A DNA stretch of 64,000 bases from an uncultured Hormoscilla sp. Its GTDB lineage: Bacteria > Cyanobacteriota > Cyanobacteriia > Cyanobacteriales > Desertifilaceae. The notes under the pieces are model-generated. The model made no database searches. It had not been told where the DNA came from and saw nothing but the letters and a program-made list of their open reading frames with translations. Of this stretch, positions 11,297-23,513 are shown in pieces (the stretch's first letter is position 1; each line of letters starts with the position of its first letter). The translations under genes were made by a program, and so were the position numbers. The DNA lies in NCBI GenBank assembly GCA_963921275.4, contig OZ001293.3:352001-416000 (forward strand). Reading direction: 5' to 3'.

Positions 11297-13745
11297 ATGC
11301 AATCTCTAAACCACTTAATTTCTAAATTTTCTGAAAAAGTTCACCTGCGCACCGTCCTGGTCGTACCCTTCGTGCTCCAGATCTGTGCGGCGGTGGGGCT
11401 GACGGGATATCTCTCGATTAAAAAGGGGCAAACAGCCGTCAACGATGTCGCCACCCAACTGCGTAGCGAAATAACCGATCAGGTTGACCAAAAACTGCGC
11501 AGTTACCTAGGGACACGCCCCATCTAGTTAATCAAAGCAACCAAGATGCCATTACAGCCAGGCTGTTGAGTCTGCAAAACAGCAAACCCTGGGAACAGCA
11601 TTTGTCGCAACAAGTGAAATTATTTGATTCCCTGAGTCTGACGGGCCTAGGGACGGAGCAAGGGGAATTCATCACCGCCGAAAAAGTAACTGATGGTAAA
11701 CTGGTGCGGCAAATAGCGGGTAAGTATACAGATTTAGAACGTCAAAATCAAGATTATCGAGCCACATTATTAACCAAAAACTACGACCCGCGCAGCCAAG
11801 ATTGGTATAAAACAGCTGTCAAGGCAGGGAAACCGACTTGGAGTGCAATTTTTTCCCATTTGGTAGAACCGGAGCTACTGATGGTTGCGGTGCAACCTGT
11901 ATACGACCAACAGGGAAAGTTAGAGGGAGTTCTAGCCAGTAGTATCAGTATATCAGAAATTGGCGAGTTTCTGGAAACTATCAAGGTGGGGAAATCAGGG
12001 CAAACTTTTATTATCGATCAGGCGGGCATGTCGGTAGCCACCTCCACGAGGGAAAAGCCCTTCGCCTTCAATAGACAAGGGCAACGGCTGCAAGCAGATC
12101 GAAGTAGTGACCCCTTAACGAGAGAGACAGCTAAATATTTGCAGACAAGGTTGCCGCAAATTCAAAGTAGGCAGCTCTTAGAATATAATATTCAGGGGCA
12201 GAGGCAATTTTTACAAGTAATGCCACTGCAAGATAGCTTTGGTTTAGACTGGCTGATTGTAGTGGTAGTCCCAGAAGCAGACTTCATGGAGCTTCTCAAC
12301 GCTAACACCCGCACTACCATCGGGCTATGTCTGGCGGCCTTGGTGCTAGCTTACGCCCTAGGCATGGGGACATCTCGCTGGGTGGTCAGGCCGATCCTGC
12401 GCTTAAACATAGTGGTAAGGGCGATCGCCAAAGGTGAATGGGGCAAAAAGTAGATGTGCAATGGCCCGACGAACTAGGGGGAACTAGCTAGGTCATTCGG
12501 TTCAATGGCCGCACAGCTGCAAGAGTCCTTTGCCACCCTAGAGGCTAAAAATCAAGAGTTGCAACGCTTCGACTAGCTCAAAGATGAATTTTTAGCAAAT
12601 ACCTCCCACGAACTCCGCACCCCCCCTGAATGGCATGATCGGCATTGCTGAGTCAATGATTGACGGTGCCGCCGGACATGTATCGGTACTGCAAATGAGA
12701 AATCTATTAATGATCGCTCAAAGCGGAGCAAGACTTGTCAACCTAGTCAGCGACCTCCTGGACTTCTCCAAACTGAAGCTCTAAAAAGTTGAACTCCAAC
12801 TCAAGCCAGTGGGAATCCGAGAATTCGCCGAGGCCGTGGTTTCTCTCAGCCAATTTCTGGTTGGCAACAAAGATTTGCGGCTAATTGACGCTATTCTTGA
12901 GGAGCTATCTCTAGTATATACCGATGAAAATCGCCTGCAACAGATTCTACACAATCTAGTTGGCAATGCCATCAAGTTCACTAATGGCGGCATGGTGGAA
13001 ATCTCAACCAAGATTATTCACGGTTCATCCTTCATTGTTGATGGCAGTGCCAGATCGACCCTCGACAACGAACAATTAGCAATTTCTGTGTCCGATACTG
13101 GCATCGGCGTCCTCAAGGATAAATTAGACCGCATCTTTGAATCTTTTGAACAAGCGGACGGTTCCACAGCCCGCGATGTGGCACAGGTTTAGGGTTTAGC
13201 AATTACCAAACAGCTAGTGGAATTGCACGGGGGAGAAATTCGCGTCTCCTCGATAGTGGGCGAGGGCACCCGGTTTACCTTTACCCTACCATTAGCCCCA
13301 GGCAGAGCCCCGAGAACAAGTGATCGCTCCGCCACCCTTACCGATCCTGCGGTCGTCAATTGGCGTGAAAGCATAATGCACGGCCAAGCACAAAGCAACA
13401 ATCAACAATTAACAGTCAACGGTCAACAGCCTCACCAGTTCAAAATCCTGATAGTTGATGATGAGCCAGTGAATCTTCAGGTACTGGTCAACCATCTTTC
13501 CCTAGAAAATTAGGCGTTGCACAATCACGGGATGATGGGTCTCTTTGCATAAGTCTTAAACGTAGACTATAAGCCACTTTCAGTTATGTGCAAACAATGA
13601 CATCATCCCCAAAATGTGCAACGCCGAAAATTATAGTCTCGCCCTGGCCGAGAATGGCATAGATGCTTTATCAATGTTATCCACCGGTGAAAATTGGCAT
13701 TGGCATCAATACAGGTTCTCTGATGCTGGGGACGATCGGGGGACA
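11297..13745 (+). pseudogene. Cache-HAMP-HisKA-HATPase-REC hybrid sensor with an adenylate-cyclase remnant; multiple frameshifts, stops and a MITE
   Basis: YDPRSQDWYK (Cache), [36 protein letters not shown]; then KIGIGINTGSLMLGTIG (class III cyclase motif) near 13690-13740. Confidence 0.85.
13513..13625. mobile_element. MITE (113 bp)
   Basis: TIR GGCGTTGCACA/TGTGCAACGCC; 8-bp TSD GAAAATTA; related copy at 30764-30879. Confidence 0.9.
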
Positions 13746-13818
13746 TTCCCGCTTTGCTATTGTCTGACAGATGCATGTCAAGTGACGCCGGGTACAGATT
13801 GGCGGAGTGAGTTGAGAG

Positions 13819-14220
13819 ATGCCCAAAAAACCTAGACTACTGGTGGTAGATGACGAGGGTAACAACCTGGACTTACTGTACAGGACGGTTCGGCGTGAAT
13901 TTCAAGTATTTAGAGCCGACAGTCCTGCCAGCGCGATGGAAATTATGGATACGGAAGGCGAAATGGCGGTGATTATTTCCGACCAGAGTATGCCAGAAAT
14001 GACAGGGGTGGAATTTTTGGGCAAGACAAAAGACCGCTTCCCCGATACAATTGGTATTCTGCTCACTGGCTACGACCATGACCAACTGGGTGATGAAGGA
14101 GAAGAGATTGACTTCTCCCATGTTTTCAAATGCATCACCAAGCCTTGGCAGCCTGAGGAATTTAAGGCTGTGATTCAAGAAGCACTGGAAAAATACCTGG
14201 CCGCCAAACCTCCCGGGTAG
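13819..14220 (+). CDS. Single-domain response regulator (REC)
   Basis: LLVVDDE, IISDQSMP, LLTG, TKPW. Confidence 0.9.
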   Translation: MPKKPRLLVVDDEGNNLDLLYRTVRREFQVFRADSPASAMEIMDTEGEMAVIISDQSMPEMTGVEFLGKTKDRFPDTIGILLTGYDHDQLGDEGEEIDFSHVFKCITKPWQPEEFKAVIQEALEKYLAAKPPG

Positions 14221-14719
14221 CGAATACCATGTCAGTTGTTAGTTGTCAGTTGTCAGGATCACGGTACTCGATGTGCTCTGCGCGCTCGATGTCCCCGGGG
14301 AGCGCGCAGAGCACATCGTATTCGCACTACGCATCGCACATCGCCTCGTCACTCGGCCTGGTAGGTGCTCACTGATAACTGCTCACAGGTCACTGGTCAG
14401 CAGTGCAGTCTGCTCATATCCGGTTTGGCCTCCGGAGTTGGCGGCGATGTCTCCTGTGTGCCGAGTCCCCTGGGACAAGAGCAAGGAATCGAAGATCCCC
14501 GATCGATTTTGAGTTGCGTGGCCGTTTTGCCCTTAACTTTGACCCCAGAACTGGCAGCATTAGATCGAGTCTGCTTGCAGACTTCCTGTCCAGAGGCGGG
14601 AACACCACCAAAAGGCGACTTTGGTGCTATTTCCGGGTTTTGGCACTCCAGATGCCACTGGACATGCTCCCATAATTCATCCTTCTTATTGACCTTGATT
14701 TTAATCATTACCCTGCTTC

Positions 14720-15969
14720 CCTTGACACCAAGGTTGTCAGGGACGATCGTCTATGTGAAGAAGGTAAATGGCCGCGAGCTGCGAACGGGGGATTTTGTGA
14801 GAAAAGGGGACCTGCTAGCCCAGGTAGACCCTCGCAAACTGGCTTCGGATGTGACGGTGGCCCAGGCCCAGCGGCAGGATGCCCAGCAGCGGTTGAGTAC
14901 GGCCCTGGCTTCTTTAAGGCAGTCGGAGTCGGCGGTGAGTCAGGCCCAAGCTGAAAAAGCAAGAGCGGAAGCTTCTTTAGCGTCTGCCCAAGCGGACTTG
15001 AAAAGAGCTGAAGCTAATCGCGATTTCGCCCAGACCGATGTTAACCGCTACCAGAAACTTTGGGAAGACGGCGTCGTATCGAAGAGCGAGCGGGACACCA
15101 GAGAAACCCAGTTTGCGGAAGCTCAAGCGGCGGTTGAAGCTGCACGAGCGCAGGTGAAAGCGGCAGCTGCTGGAATAAGGGCAGCGTCGAGCGCTGTCTC
15201 TTCAGTTCAGGCGGCAGTCTTATCCCAACAGGCCCAGGTAGAATCAGCGCAGTCGGGAATTAAATCGGCGATCGCCTCCCTGAACAAAACCCAAGTCATC
15301 CTGGAAGACACGGAGATAGTCGCCCCTTTTGACGGCATTATCGCCCATCTCAACATCAAAGAAGGGGACTATTGGATGCCCCAGGTCATCAACGTCGGAG
15401 GGGACTATCAGCAGATGGTAGAGTCGGTGCCGATAATTGCGATCGACCCGAGTGAGTTTGAGGTAAATGTAGAATTGCCAGCTTTCGATGGTGCTAGGGT
15501 CAGAACGGGTCAACGCGCTTTCATTATTGCCAATGAACGGCTGCACAACCCTGATGCTATGACTGGCTCAGATCTGATTAATTTGGCTAGTGCTGAAGGG
15601 ATTGTGTTCTCTGTCAGTCCTTCGGTGACTCCAGGAGAACGGGCGATCGAGATAAAAATCAGGGTAAATAAAGGCGCCCAAAACCTGAAGAATGGGGCTC
15701 GCGTTTCTACTTGGATCGCCGTAGCAGAAAAGCCGAACGCTACAACGGCTCCTTTCAGTGCTTTTCTCTGGAGGGACCAAGTACCACATGTATTCGTAGT
15801 TAATCAACAAGAGGGAATAGTAGAACAGCGCCGGATAAAAACGGGCATTCGTGGGAACTCCCAACGGGAAATAATCGATGGCGTTCAACCAGGCGAACTG
15901 GTTGTGATTGAGGGAAAAAATCGTCTCGTGGATGGAACACCAGTGGAGGTGATTGAAATAGTTGAATAG
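14720..15969 (+). pseudogene. RND efflux periplasmic adaptor (HlyD/MFP); native N-terminus apparently lost
   Basis: SGTIVYV...GDFVRKGDLLAQVD, long coiled coil, IVAPFDGII, GELVVIEG; sequence upstream of ~14720 in the called ORF does not look like an MFP. Confidence 0.7.
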
Positions 15970-17433
15970 GCGAATTGAGCAATTGAGAATTTAGAATCTG
16001 GAGAGTGCGAAGTTCTCCTGAAAAACGACCTAGTATAAAGAGGGCAAGGGTATAATGGGGGTTTCGGACTCCGCGCCCCAATCACCAAGGCTAGAATGCG
16101 GGTTGCAGCCGTACTCCTAAAATTGTCCGGACTGTTGCAATTGGCTATGAAGAATTAGCAATGAACAATTAGCAATGAACAATGAACGAAGAACATGATG
16201 TTACAGATGTAAGCAAAGCATCCCCGATCGCCAAGTTCTTTTTACTGAATACGGTTTTTGCCATTCTCATGTGCGTCCTACTGGTAATTGGAAAGCTGAT
16301 CGGGGCGGCGACAATAGTGAAAGAAGGCAACCCTGATATCGATCAAACCTTCGCTAGCGTGACGACCATTTGGCCAGGTGCAGATCCAGAAACGATCGAA
16401 AACCAGGTCACGGACAAGCTAGAGAAAGAACTCAAATCCCTCAAGGGACTCAAAAAACTCAGTAGTGCTTCCTTCGATGGCAGTTCGCTCATTATTATCG
16501 AATTCCGCGCCGAAGCACCTGTGGCAGAGTCGATCGCCCTGGTGAGAGCAGAAGTAGATGAAAGCGCAGCAGAGTTAGATTTGTCCTCGGACGCCTCTCA
16601 GCCCAAAGTCGAGCAAATCTCCGCCCAAGACACCCCCGTACTCAGCCTAAGCCTGTTTGGCAATATCGACCAGGCAGTCCTAAGTCGCGCTACAGAAGAC
16701 ATCGAAGAACTGTTAGAAAAAGTCCCCAACGTCAGAAAGGTTGACCTGAGTGGCGATCGCAAAAAAGTGATCCACGTGCAGCTGCTGCCCGATCGCCTCC
16801 TGACTCTCAATATTTCTCCCACTCAGGTGAGAAATGCGATCGCCAGTAGCAACCGAGACCTACCCTAAGACGAAGTAGAGAGAGACCAAATAGGCACCCA
16901 AGTGCATTATTACGGTCGGTTTAGAACCGAAGCAGACCTGCGCAGTTTACCCGTCACCCGCCTAGGGAAGGGCAGAGAGAAGAATAGTGTATCTGTCAGA
17001 AATAGCAAAAGAGCGTCGCGACCTAGAACGAGAACAGACTCGCGCTTTTATTAGTGGTAAAAGAGAAGAATTTGAACCAGTAACTAGCGTAGATGTAGTC
17101 AAGATACCGAGTTCGGACACAATTAAAATGATTAATAATTGCCTAGGGGCGATCAAGCAGGCCAGACAAAATCCCTCAACCCGGCCCTACAGGATAAAAT
17201 ACAAAATCGTCAGCACAGAAGCAGATATTATTAACCAGCAACTGCAGTCTCCATTCAAAAACGCTTGGCAAAGAGTCCTGGCAGTTTTTATCGTATAACT
17301 GTTAGCCCTCAGCTGGCGCGAAGCCATCATCGCTGGGTTGTCTACCCTCCTCTTTATGGGGGCGATCGCCGTCCCTTGGATATTCAGTAACACACTGAAC
17401 AAGATAGTACAAGAGAGTCTGATCCTCGCCCTC

Positions 17434-19314
17434 AGCTGGAGTCGAGCCCATAATCACCTCCCAACCCTCCCTTTCGGAAACATGCATGCAACTCTCACCG
17501 CACACAGCTACCGAGTAGATAGCCCTTGTCCTAAGTAGAATTACTCAGGATTACCCCCCTCATTCCTTTCCTCATGCAATTTCACCCCTTATGGTTAGTC
17601 TCAGACTACATATATGCCCAACCCCGGAAAATTCGCGGGGGATAACAGAACCAACCCATATCATCCGCTCCTTACCAACATTTACCTAACTTATCAGGTT
17701 CTCCAAGTCTTACCCAGTCAAATCTTTAGCCCAACATTCATTACCTAGGATTTCACCTGGACTATAACATTAAAGTTACCTTCACCCCAAGACTCTATCC
17801 ATCACCGACCCACGTCAGCATATCCATAGGAGTTACCCCAGGCGTTCGCCTCTTGGGCCATCTCTCATCTCATAGCCCGCACCTTACATCTAACCCGTCC
17901 AAACAAAAACAGCCCATAAAAAATTACCTCGTTCCCCGATCTCATCTCACGATATCCTTAGACCCTCACCTTACCCCCGCAACTCTTCAAGCACAATAGT
18001 CAAAATCCACAACCAACACTAACCACCTTCCCCTTTTGAGCCAGCACATAAAACCTTACTTCGCTGGTTCTACATTACGAAGCTTACACGAGTTTGTTTC
18101 CTCTGATCTTAGACATCTTTCCTAGCGGCGTCACTGACTTAGGCTATCAGCTACCCTACATTTAAGTCCTCGCTTAGCACCGCGACGATTTGGCTCCGCA
18201 GCACCTCACGCGGTTACCCCATACCTAAGAAAAAGTCGGGGTCGAGCTGTCCCTCGCGGGACAACCCTCCCTTTCGGAACCGTGCATGCGACTTTCACCG
18301 CACACGGCTACTGGGTACTAGGCCCCTTTCACGGGTAGGATTACTAGGGATTACTCCCATTATCCCTTACTACTTGCACGTCCGCCCCTTTCCTGGTTGG
18401 TGAGTGGAGCTGCCGGATAACCTTTAGTATCACCATTTAACACTCCGTTTTACCAGTTAAACATTCCTCAATCCTCAACTCGCTTTCGCTAACGCTGTAA
18501 ATGGGCTTATGACATTTTAGAGCTACTTGTACCAATAGTTTACTAGTATCACCGACCCGCGTCTGCGTATCCATAGGCATTACCGGCGTCTTCCGCATGC
18601 TCTTGTCCTGAAGGACTTTGGCGTCTTCCGCACACTCTTGTCCTGAAGGACTCGGTGTGCTCCAGACACCAAGGCATGCTCCAGACACCGCCTAGGCATT
18701 AGCTTCTCGGGCCATCTCTCCCCTCATGGGCATGCGCTATGCGCTGCGCGCACGCTACGCGGACGCACATCTGACTTGTCCAAATGAGGACAGCACCACG
18801 AGGGTTACTTCGTTCCTCTCGCTGAGGTTACTTCGTTCCCTGATATCATTTCACGATGCCTTTAGGCCCCTACTTTTCCCCGGCAGTTATTTGGGTACAA
18901 TGTTAGCCAATTCCCTAATTAACACTAACTGCATTAACTTTTGTTCCAGCGCATTAAGCCTTATTTCGCTGGTTGAGTTTAACGAGGTTTACATAGGTTC
19001 GCTTGTTCTAGCCATGGACATCTTTCCTAGCAGAGTCACCGGCTTGGGCTGCCAGTTATCCTACATTTGAGTCCTCGCTTGGCACCACGATGATGTTACT
19101 TCGCAGCACCTCACGCGGTTATCCCTGTACCTGGGGAGGGGGAATTAAACCCCCATGATTACCAGAGTTCCTAGTTTCCTAGGCCAGCGTTCCGTATATG
19201 ACTACGTTAGGCTGGAACTCATCGCACGGGAATTTAACCCCATGAGTACCAGAGTTCCTAGTTTCCTAGGCTAGCGTTCCGTATTTGACCACGTTAGGCT
19301 AGAACTCATCGCAC
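17434..19314 (-). mobile_element. ORF-less group II intron D (degraded), antisense in the RND gene; hosts intron E
   Basis: 5' GTGCGATGAGTTC at 19314; DV/DVI at 17434-17510; EBS2 UGUAG pairs with exon CUACA. Confidence 0.88.
18234..19227 (-). mobile_element. ORF-less group II intron E, nested in the same orientation in D
   Basis: 5' GTGCGATGAG, 3' CGACCCCGACT; EBS1 GGGAAUU is perfectly complementary to 5' exon AAUUCCC. Confidence 0.92.
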
Positions 19315-21242
19315 GGACTCCTTGTAGATGTATTCATTCTGATGATGGAAGGGATGCACGAGGGGATTTTCGTTAAAGGTCTGTCTTTCGAGCAAGCTGC
19401 CTTGAAAACTTTTAAAACCTACGCAGTGCCAGCATTGTCCGGTCAGCTAACCACGATCCTGGCAATGGCACCATTGATGGCAATTAGCGGCACCCTGGGC
19501 AAATTTATCCGCTTGATTCCCATTAGTGCGATTACTTGCTTGCTGCTCAGCTACGCGATCGCCCTCTTAGTAGATATCCCTCTCTCCCGCTACCTCCTTG
19601 CTAATGTCAAAGGCGGCGCAAAAAAGACTTTCATTGACAAACTTACAGAAGTCGCTTCCGAGAAGTTTCTGCATTGGAGTTTGCGATCGACTGTCCGCAA
19701 CAAAACTACTGCCCGCTTTTGGACTATGGGGGCGATCGCCCTATTTGTTGGCACCACTATTCTGGTGGGAAACGTACCAGGGACTCTGTTTCCCGACTCC
19801 GACCAACTCAAATTGAGCATCAACATCGAAATGCCCCCCACTACTACTCTCGACAGTTCCCAGATCCTAGCAGATGAAGTGGGGGAAATTCTGCGGAGCA
19901 AGGATTACTTGGAGACGGTAGTCAAATTCGTCGGTCAGCGGAGTAAACTAGTAGGAGAAAGCGGCATCAAACCCAACACTGGCAATTACCTAGTGGGCTT
20001 TTCGGTAAGGTTTGTACCTAAAGAAGACCGCGAAAAATTCTCATTTGAATATATCGACCCGCTGCGGTCCGAGTTAACCCAGGCATTACGCAACTATCCA
20101 GGGGCATCTCTCGTGGTAAATTTAGATGCTGTAGGAGAAGGGGGAGACCCGATCTCCATTGAGCTCACGGGCAGCGACATGGACGAGTTGCGCCGCATTT
20201 CTGGGAACGTGCAGCTAGCTTTGCGACAGATTCCGGGAACAGCAGATGTCCGCGACGACTTAGGTCCGGAACGACCGGACGTGAAACTCCTTCCCCGCCG
20301 GGAAGCGATGAATTTCTATGGCATTACTCCAGAAGATTTCGCCCTCCAGGGGCGCTACCTGATGACTGATAACGATATCGGCGATTTCCCGATCGGAGGC
20401 AGACAGGAAGACTTGGAAATTCACCTCAGTACGAGATGGCAGTCCCGTGGTGGAGCAGTTGGCGGACCCACCCGCATAGACGAACTGGTAACGACTCGTT
20501 TCTTCTCCCCAGACGGGGCAATTGCCGCTACCCAAGTAATCGATATCGTGTCCGATCAGGCACCTTTGTCAATTACCCACCAGGATGCTCAGCGCACGGT
20601 CACCGTTTTGGCGAAGACCAAAGATCGCACAGTCGGGGAGATATTAGCAGATTTGGAACCGCAGCTACAGGAAATGCAGCGCCGCTGGCCGGGAGGCTAT
20701 GACTACAAATTCGGCGGAGAAGCGGAAAGCCAAAGCGAGACTTTTGGTTCGGCGGGACGGATGGCATATGTTGCGCTGTTCCTAGTCTTTGCCGTCCTAG
20801 TGATTCAATTTGGTTCTTTCACCCAGCCCTTTATCATTATGCTGGCTATCCCCTTCGCTTTGATCGGCACTTTTGGCGGCTTCTTTCTGTTCTGGATCCC
20901 GATATCTTTCCCGGCGGTAATTGGGATTATAGCCTTAACAGGAATTGTGGTTAATGATTCAATTGTCATGGTAGAAACGATGAATGCTTATCGCCAGCGA
21001 GGCATGAACCTGCGTGAAGCTGCTGCACGTGGGGCTGCCGATCGCCTCCGTCCTGTCCTGACTACCAGTATTACCACGATCGCGGGTGTGCTTCCCTTGG
21101 CCCTGAACGATCCGGTCTGGTTTCCCCTCTGCATGGCGATCGTCTTTGGGTTGATGGCCTCAACTGCGATCTCTCTTTTAGTCGTGCCCTGTTTGTATCT
21201 CCAATTGACTCCCAGTCATAGCTAATTGTCGATCGCTAATCG

Positions 21243-23452
21243 TTAATTGCTAATTATTATTCTTAATTGATTAGCAATTAGCGATACCAATCGCTCGATT
21301 TCCGACTCTAAGGTAAAATAATGAACGCAAGCACGCACGCAGTTTGGAGCGCGAATTGTCCGTACCATGATGTTCTTTGTCTCCCAAAAATTCACTAGCT
21401 GGGAATGCTTTTTATTAGCTAACCTAAGTTGCGACCTATTAAAAAAAATATGAATTACCCACTTAGACTTTACAGATATTTGGAATATTTCGTAGCTTTT
21501 GATACAAAATTATATTTTTTTGTGCTAGACGGCGGGTTGGCTGTTTATAGGTTATAATGTACTAAAATAATAGTTAATTGCTGGGGGATGTAGATGATGG
21601 AAGATATGATTACAACAATTTTTGTTCTTTGTGACGAGCTACTAAAAGCGTTAAATATAAAAGAAGATCCACAAGTAAAAATGAACAATGCCGAAGTGAT
21701 GACAGTCGGATTAGTTGCTGCATATTTTTTCGGAGGACACCACGATCGCTCTTGTCAATTTATGGTCCAACACAAGTATATAAAAAATCTGTTAAGTAAA
21801 AGTAGGTTCAATCGTCGATTACACAATATTGAGGAACCAATTTGGATGTTTTTCTTCCAAGTTATAGCTCAAACATTTAAGAGCTCAATCCGGGTCAAGA
21901 ATATATTCTTGATAGTTTCCCGGTGCCAGTATGTGATAATATTAGGATTGATAGATGCCAAATTTATAACAAGGAAGAATATCGAGGGTATATTGCCAGT
22001 AAAAAACGTTATTTTTATGGATTAAGAGTTCATATGTTGGTAAACAAAAATGGAAAGCCAATAGAATTTTATCTAGATCCTGGTAGTTATAATGATGTTA
22101 AAGTTTTGCAATCTTTTGGCTTTGACTTACCATCAAATTCAATAGTTTATGGAGATAAAGCTTATAATGATTATCAATTAGAGGATTTACTAAAAGAGTC
22201 GTCAAGTATAATGTTAAAACCTTTGCGAAAAAAGAACTCAAAAAGAAAAGAATATTCTTGTTTTGAATATATACAAAAAGTAACAAGAAAACAAGTTGAA
22301 ACCTGTTTTAGTCGAATCACCAATTTGTTTCCCAAGTCAATTCATGCTGTTACATCTAAGGGATTAGAGTTGAAAATAATTCTCTTTATCATAGCTTTTT
22401 GTATCCAATTTTTATAGGTCGCAACTTGAGTTAGCTAGCTGAAAGGAAACTAAACCCGATAGAGGAGGAGATTCCCGCAAGCAGATAACCCCTTCTACTT
22501 GGGTCAATTTTTGCCAGAGATATGCACTTAATTCACATATGCGTTGATAGCGTTCTTGGGCCGTTCCCCAGGCAGAATGGAGGCCGATCGCCTCTCGCAA
22601 CCCGGCATACAAGGGATAAGCAGATGTAGCAATTTCATACTGCTGTCCATCGGGTTTCCATCCTACGGGATGACCGGTACTATCCATGACTATGCCGCGC
22701 CAACCAATAAAGGTGGGATGCAAATCTTCCCTCGCCTCCTGACTTACATATAAACCACCCACTCCTTCTGGTCCGCACCACCATTTATGACCCGTAAAGG
22801 CATAGAAGTCAACCCCCTCATCAATTAAATTTAAGGGCAAACTCCCCACAGACTGGGCCGCATCCACTAAAATCTTCACATTCCCATTAACCGACTTGCA
22901 AGCTGTGACAATTTCAGCTAGAGGTAATAATTGACCCGTATTCCAGAGGATATGACTGAGTATTACCAGTCTGGTATTGGGTTGCACCGCACCAGCAATT
23001 ACTTCCACGGGGTTTCCCCGATTTAAGGTTGCCATCACCCCACAGGTAGAAACTTTCACATCAAACCGCCTGCTAATTTCTTTGGCAGTTGCGACGATAC
23101 CTGGATGTTCGCAGTCCGTCAGTAACATGCGATCGCCCCCCCGCCAGTCTATTCCCCACATGGCAATATTACAACCCACGGTCACATCTTCCGTCAGGGT
23201 AATCGTTGCTGTTGGCACTTTCAATTCACTGGCGATCGCCTCTCTTGTTTTCTGCTTCTCTTCATCTACCCAGTCATTTATCTGCTGAGAAAACGGTCCC
23301 CGATTTTGGATCTGGTCATAGGAACTGGCGATCGCCTCTCTTGCCCTTTGGGGCATAGGTCCTTGTCCGCCATAATTAAAATAAGCCTTATTTCCCAGTC
23401 CTGGAAACTGTTCTCGATGGCGGAGAGTTTTCGGTGTCCTACTGCTTGTCAT
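21243..23452 (-). pseudogene. Class V PLP aminotransferase (cysteine/cystine lyase-like) interrupted by IS982
   Basis: YFNYGGQGP, VDAAQSVG, GHKWWCGPEG; the C-terminus (...VRACVHYFT...) resumes in frame beyond the IS at 21421. Confidence 0.85.
21422..22431 (+). mobile_element. IS982-family insertion sequence (AT-rich) with frameshifted transposase 21594-22417
   Basis: TIRs ACCTAAGTTGCGACCTAT / ATAGGTCGCAACTTGAGT; TSD TAGCTA; YFYGL.VH, GDKAY, R..VET.FS motifs. Confidence 0.9.
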
Positions 23453-23513
23453 AATTTTAACGCTCCTTCTATGTTCCCAGCATACAGCACTTTTTCCACA
23501 TTTTTGCCACTAA

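Larger units (their letters stand above)
16182..21225 (+). pseudogene. AcrB/RND efflux permease split by an antisense twintron and by stops/frameshifts
   Basis: WPGADPETIENQVT, GIVVNDSIV, RLRPVLTTSITT; joining 17433 to 19315 gives LILAL|GLLVDVFILMME. Confidence 0.9.

Noticed and set aside
14365..14720. N-terminal extension of the MFP ORF, or the minus-strand ORF 14397-14708
   Set aside because: No recognisable motifs on either strand; could be a rearranged fragment but cannot be supported.
18437..19070. Short ORFs inside introns (also 47593, 51193, 51341, 53908-54396, 58534, 59517)
   Set aside because: They overlap structured intron RNA and show no protein motifs.
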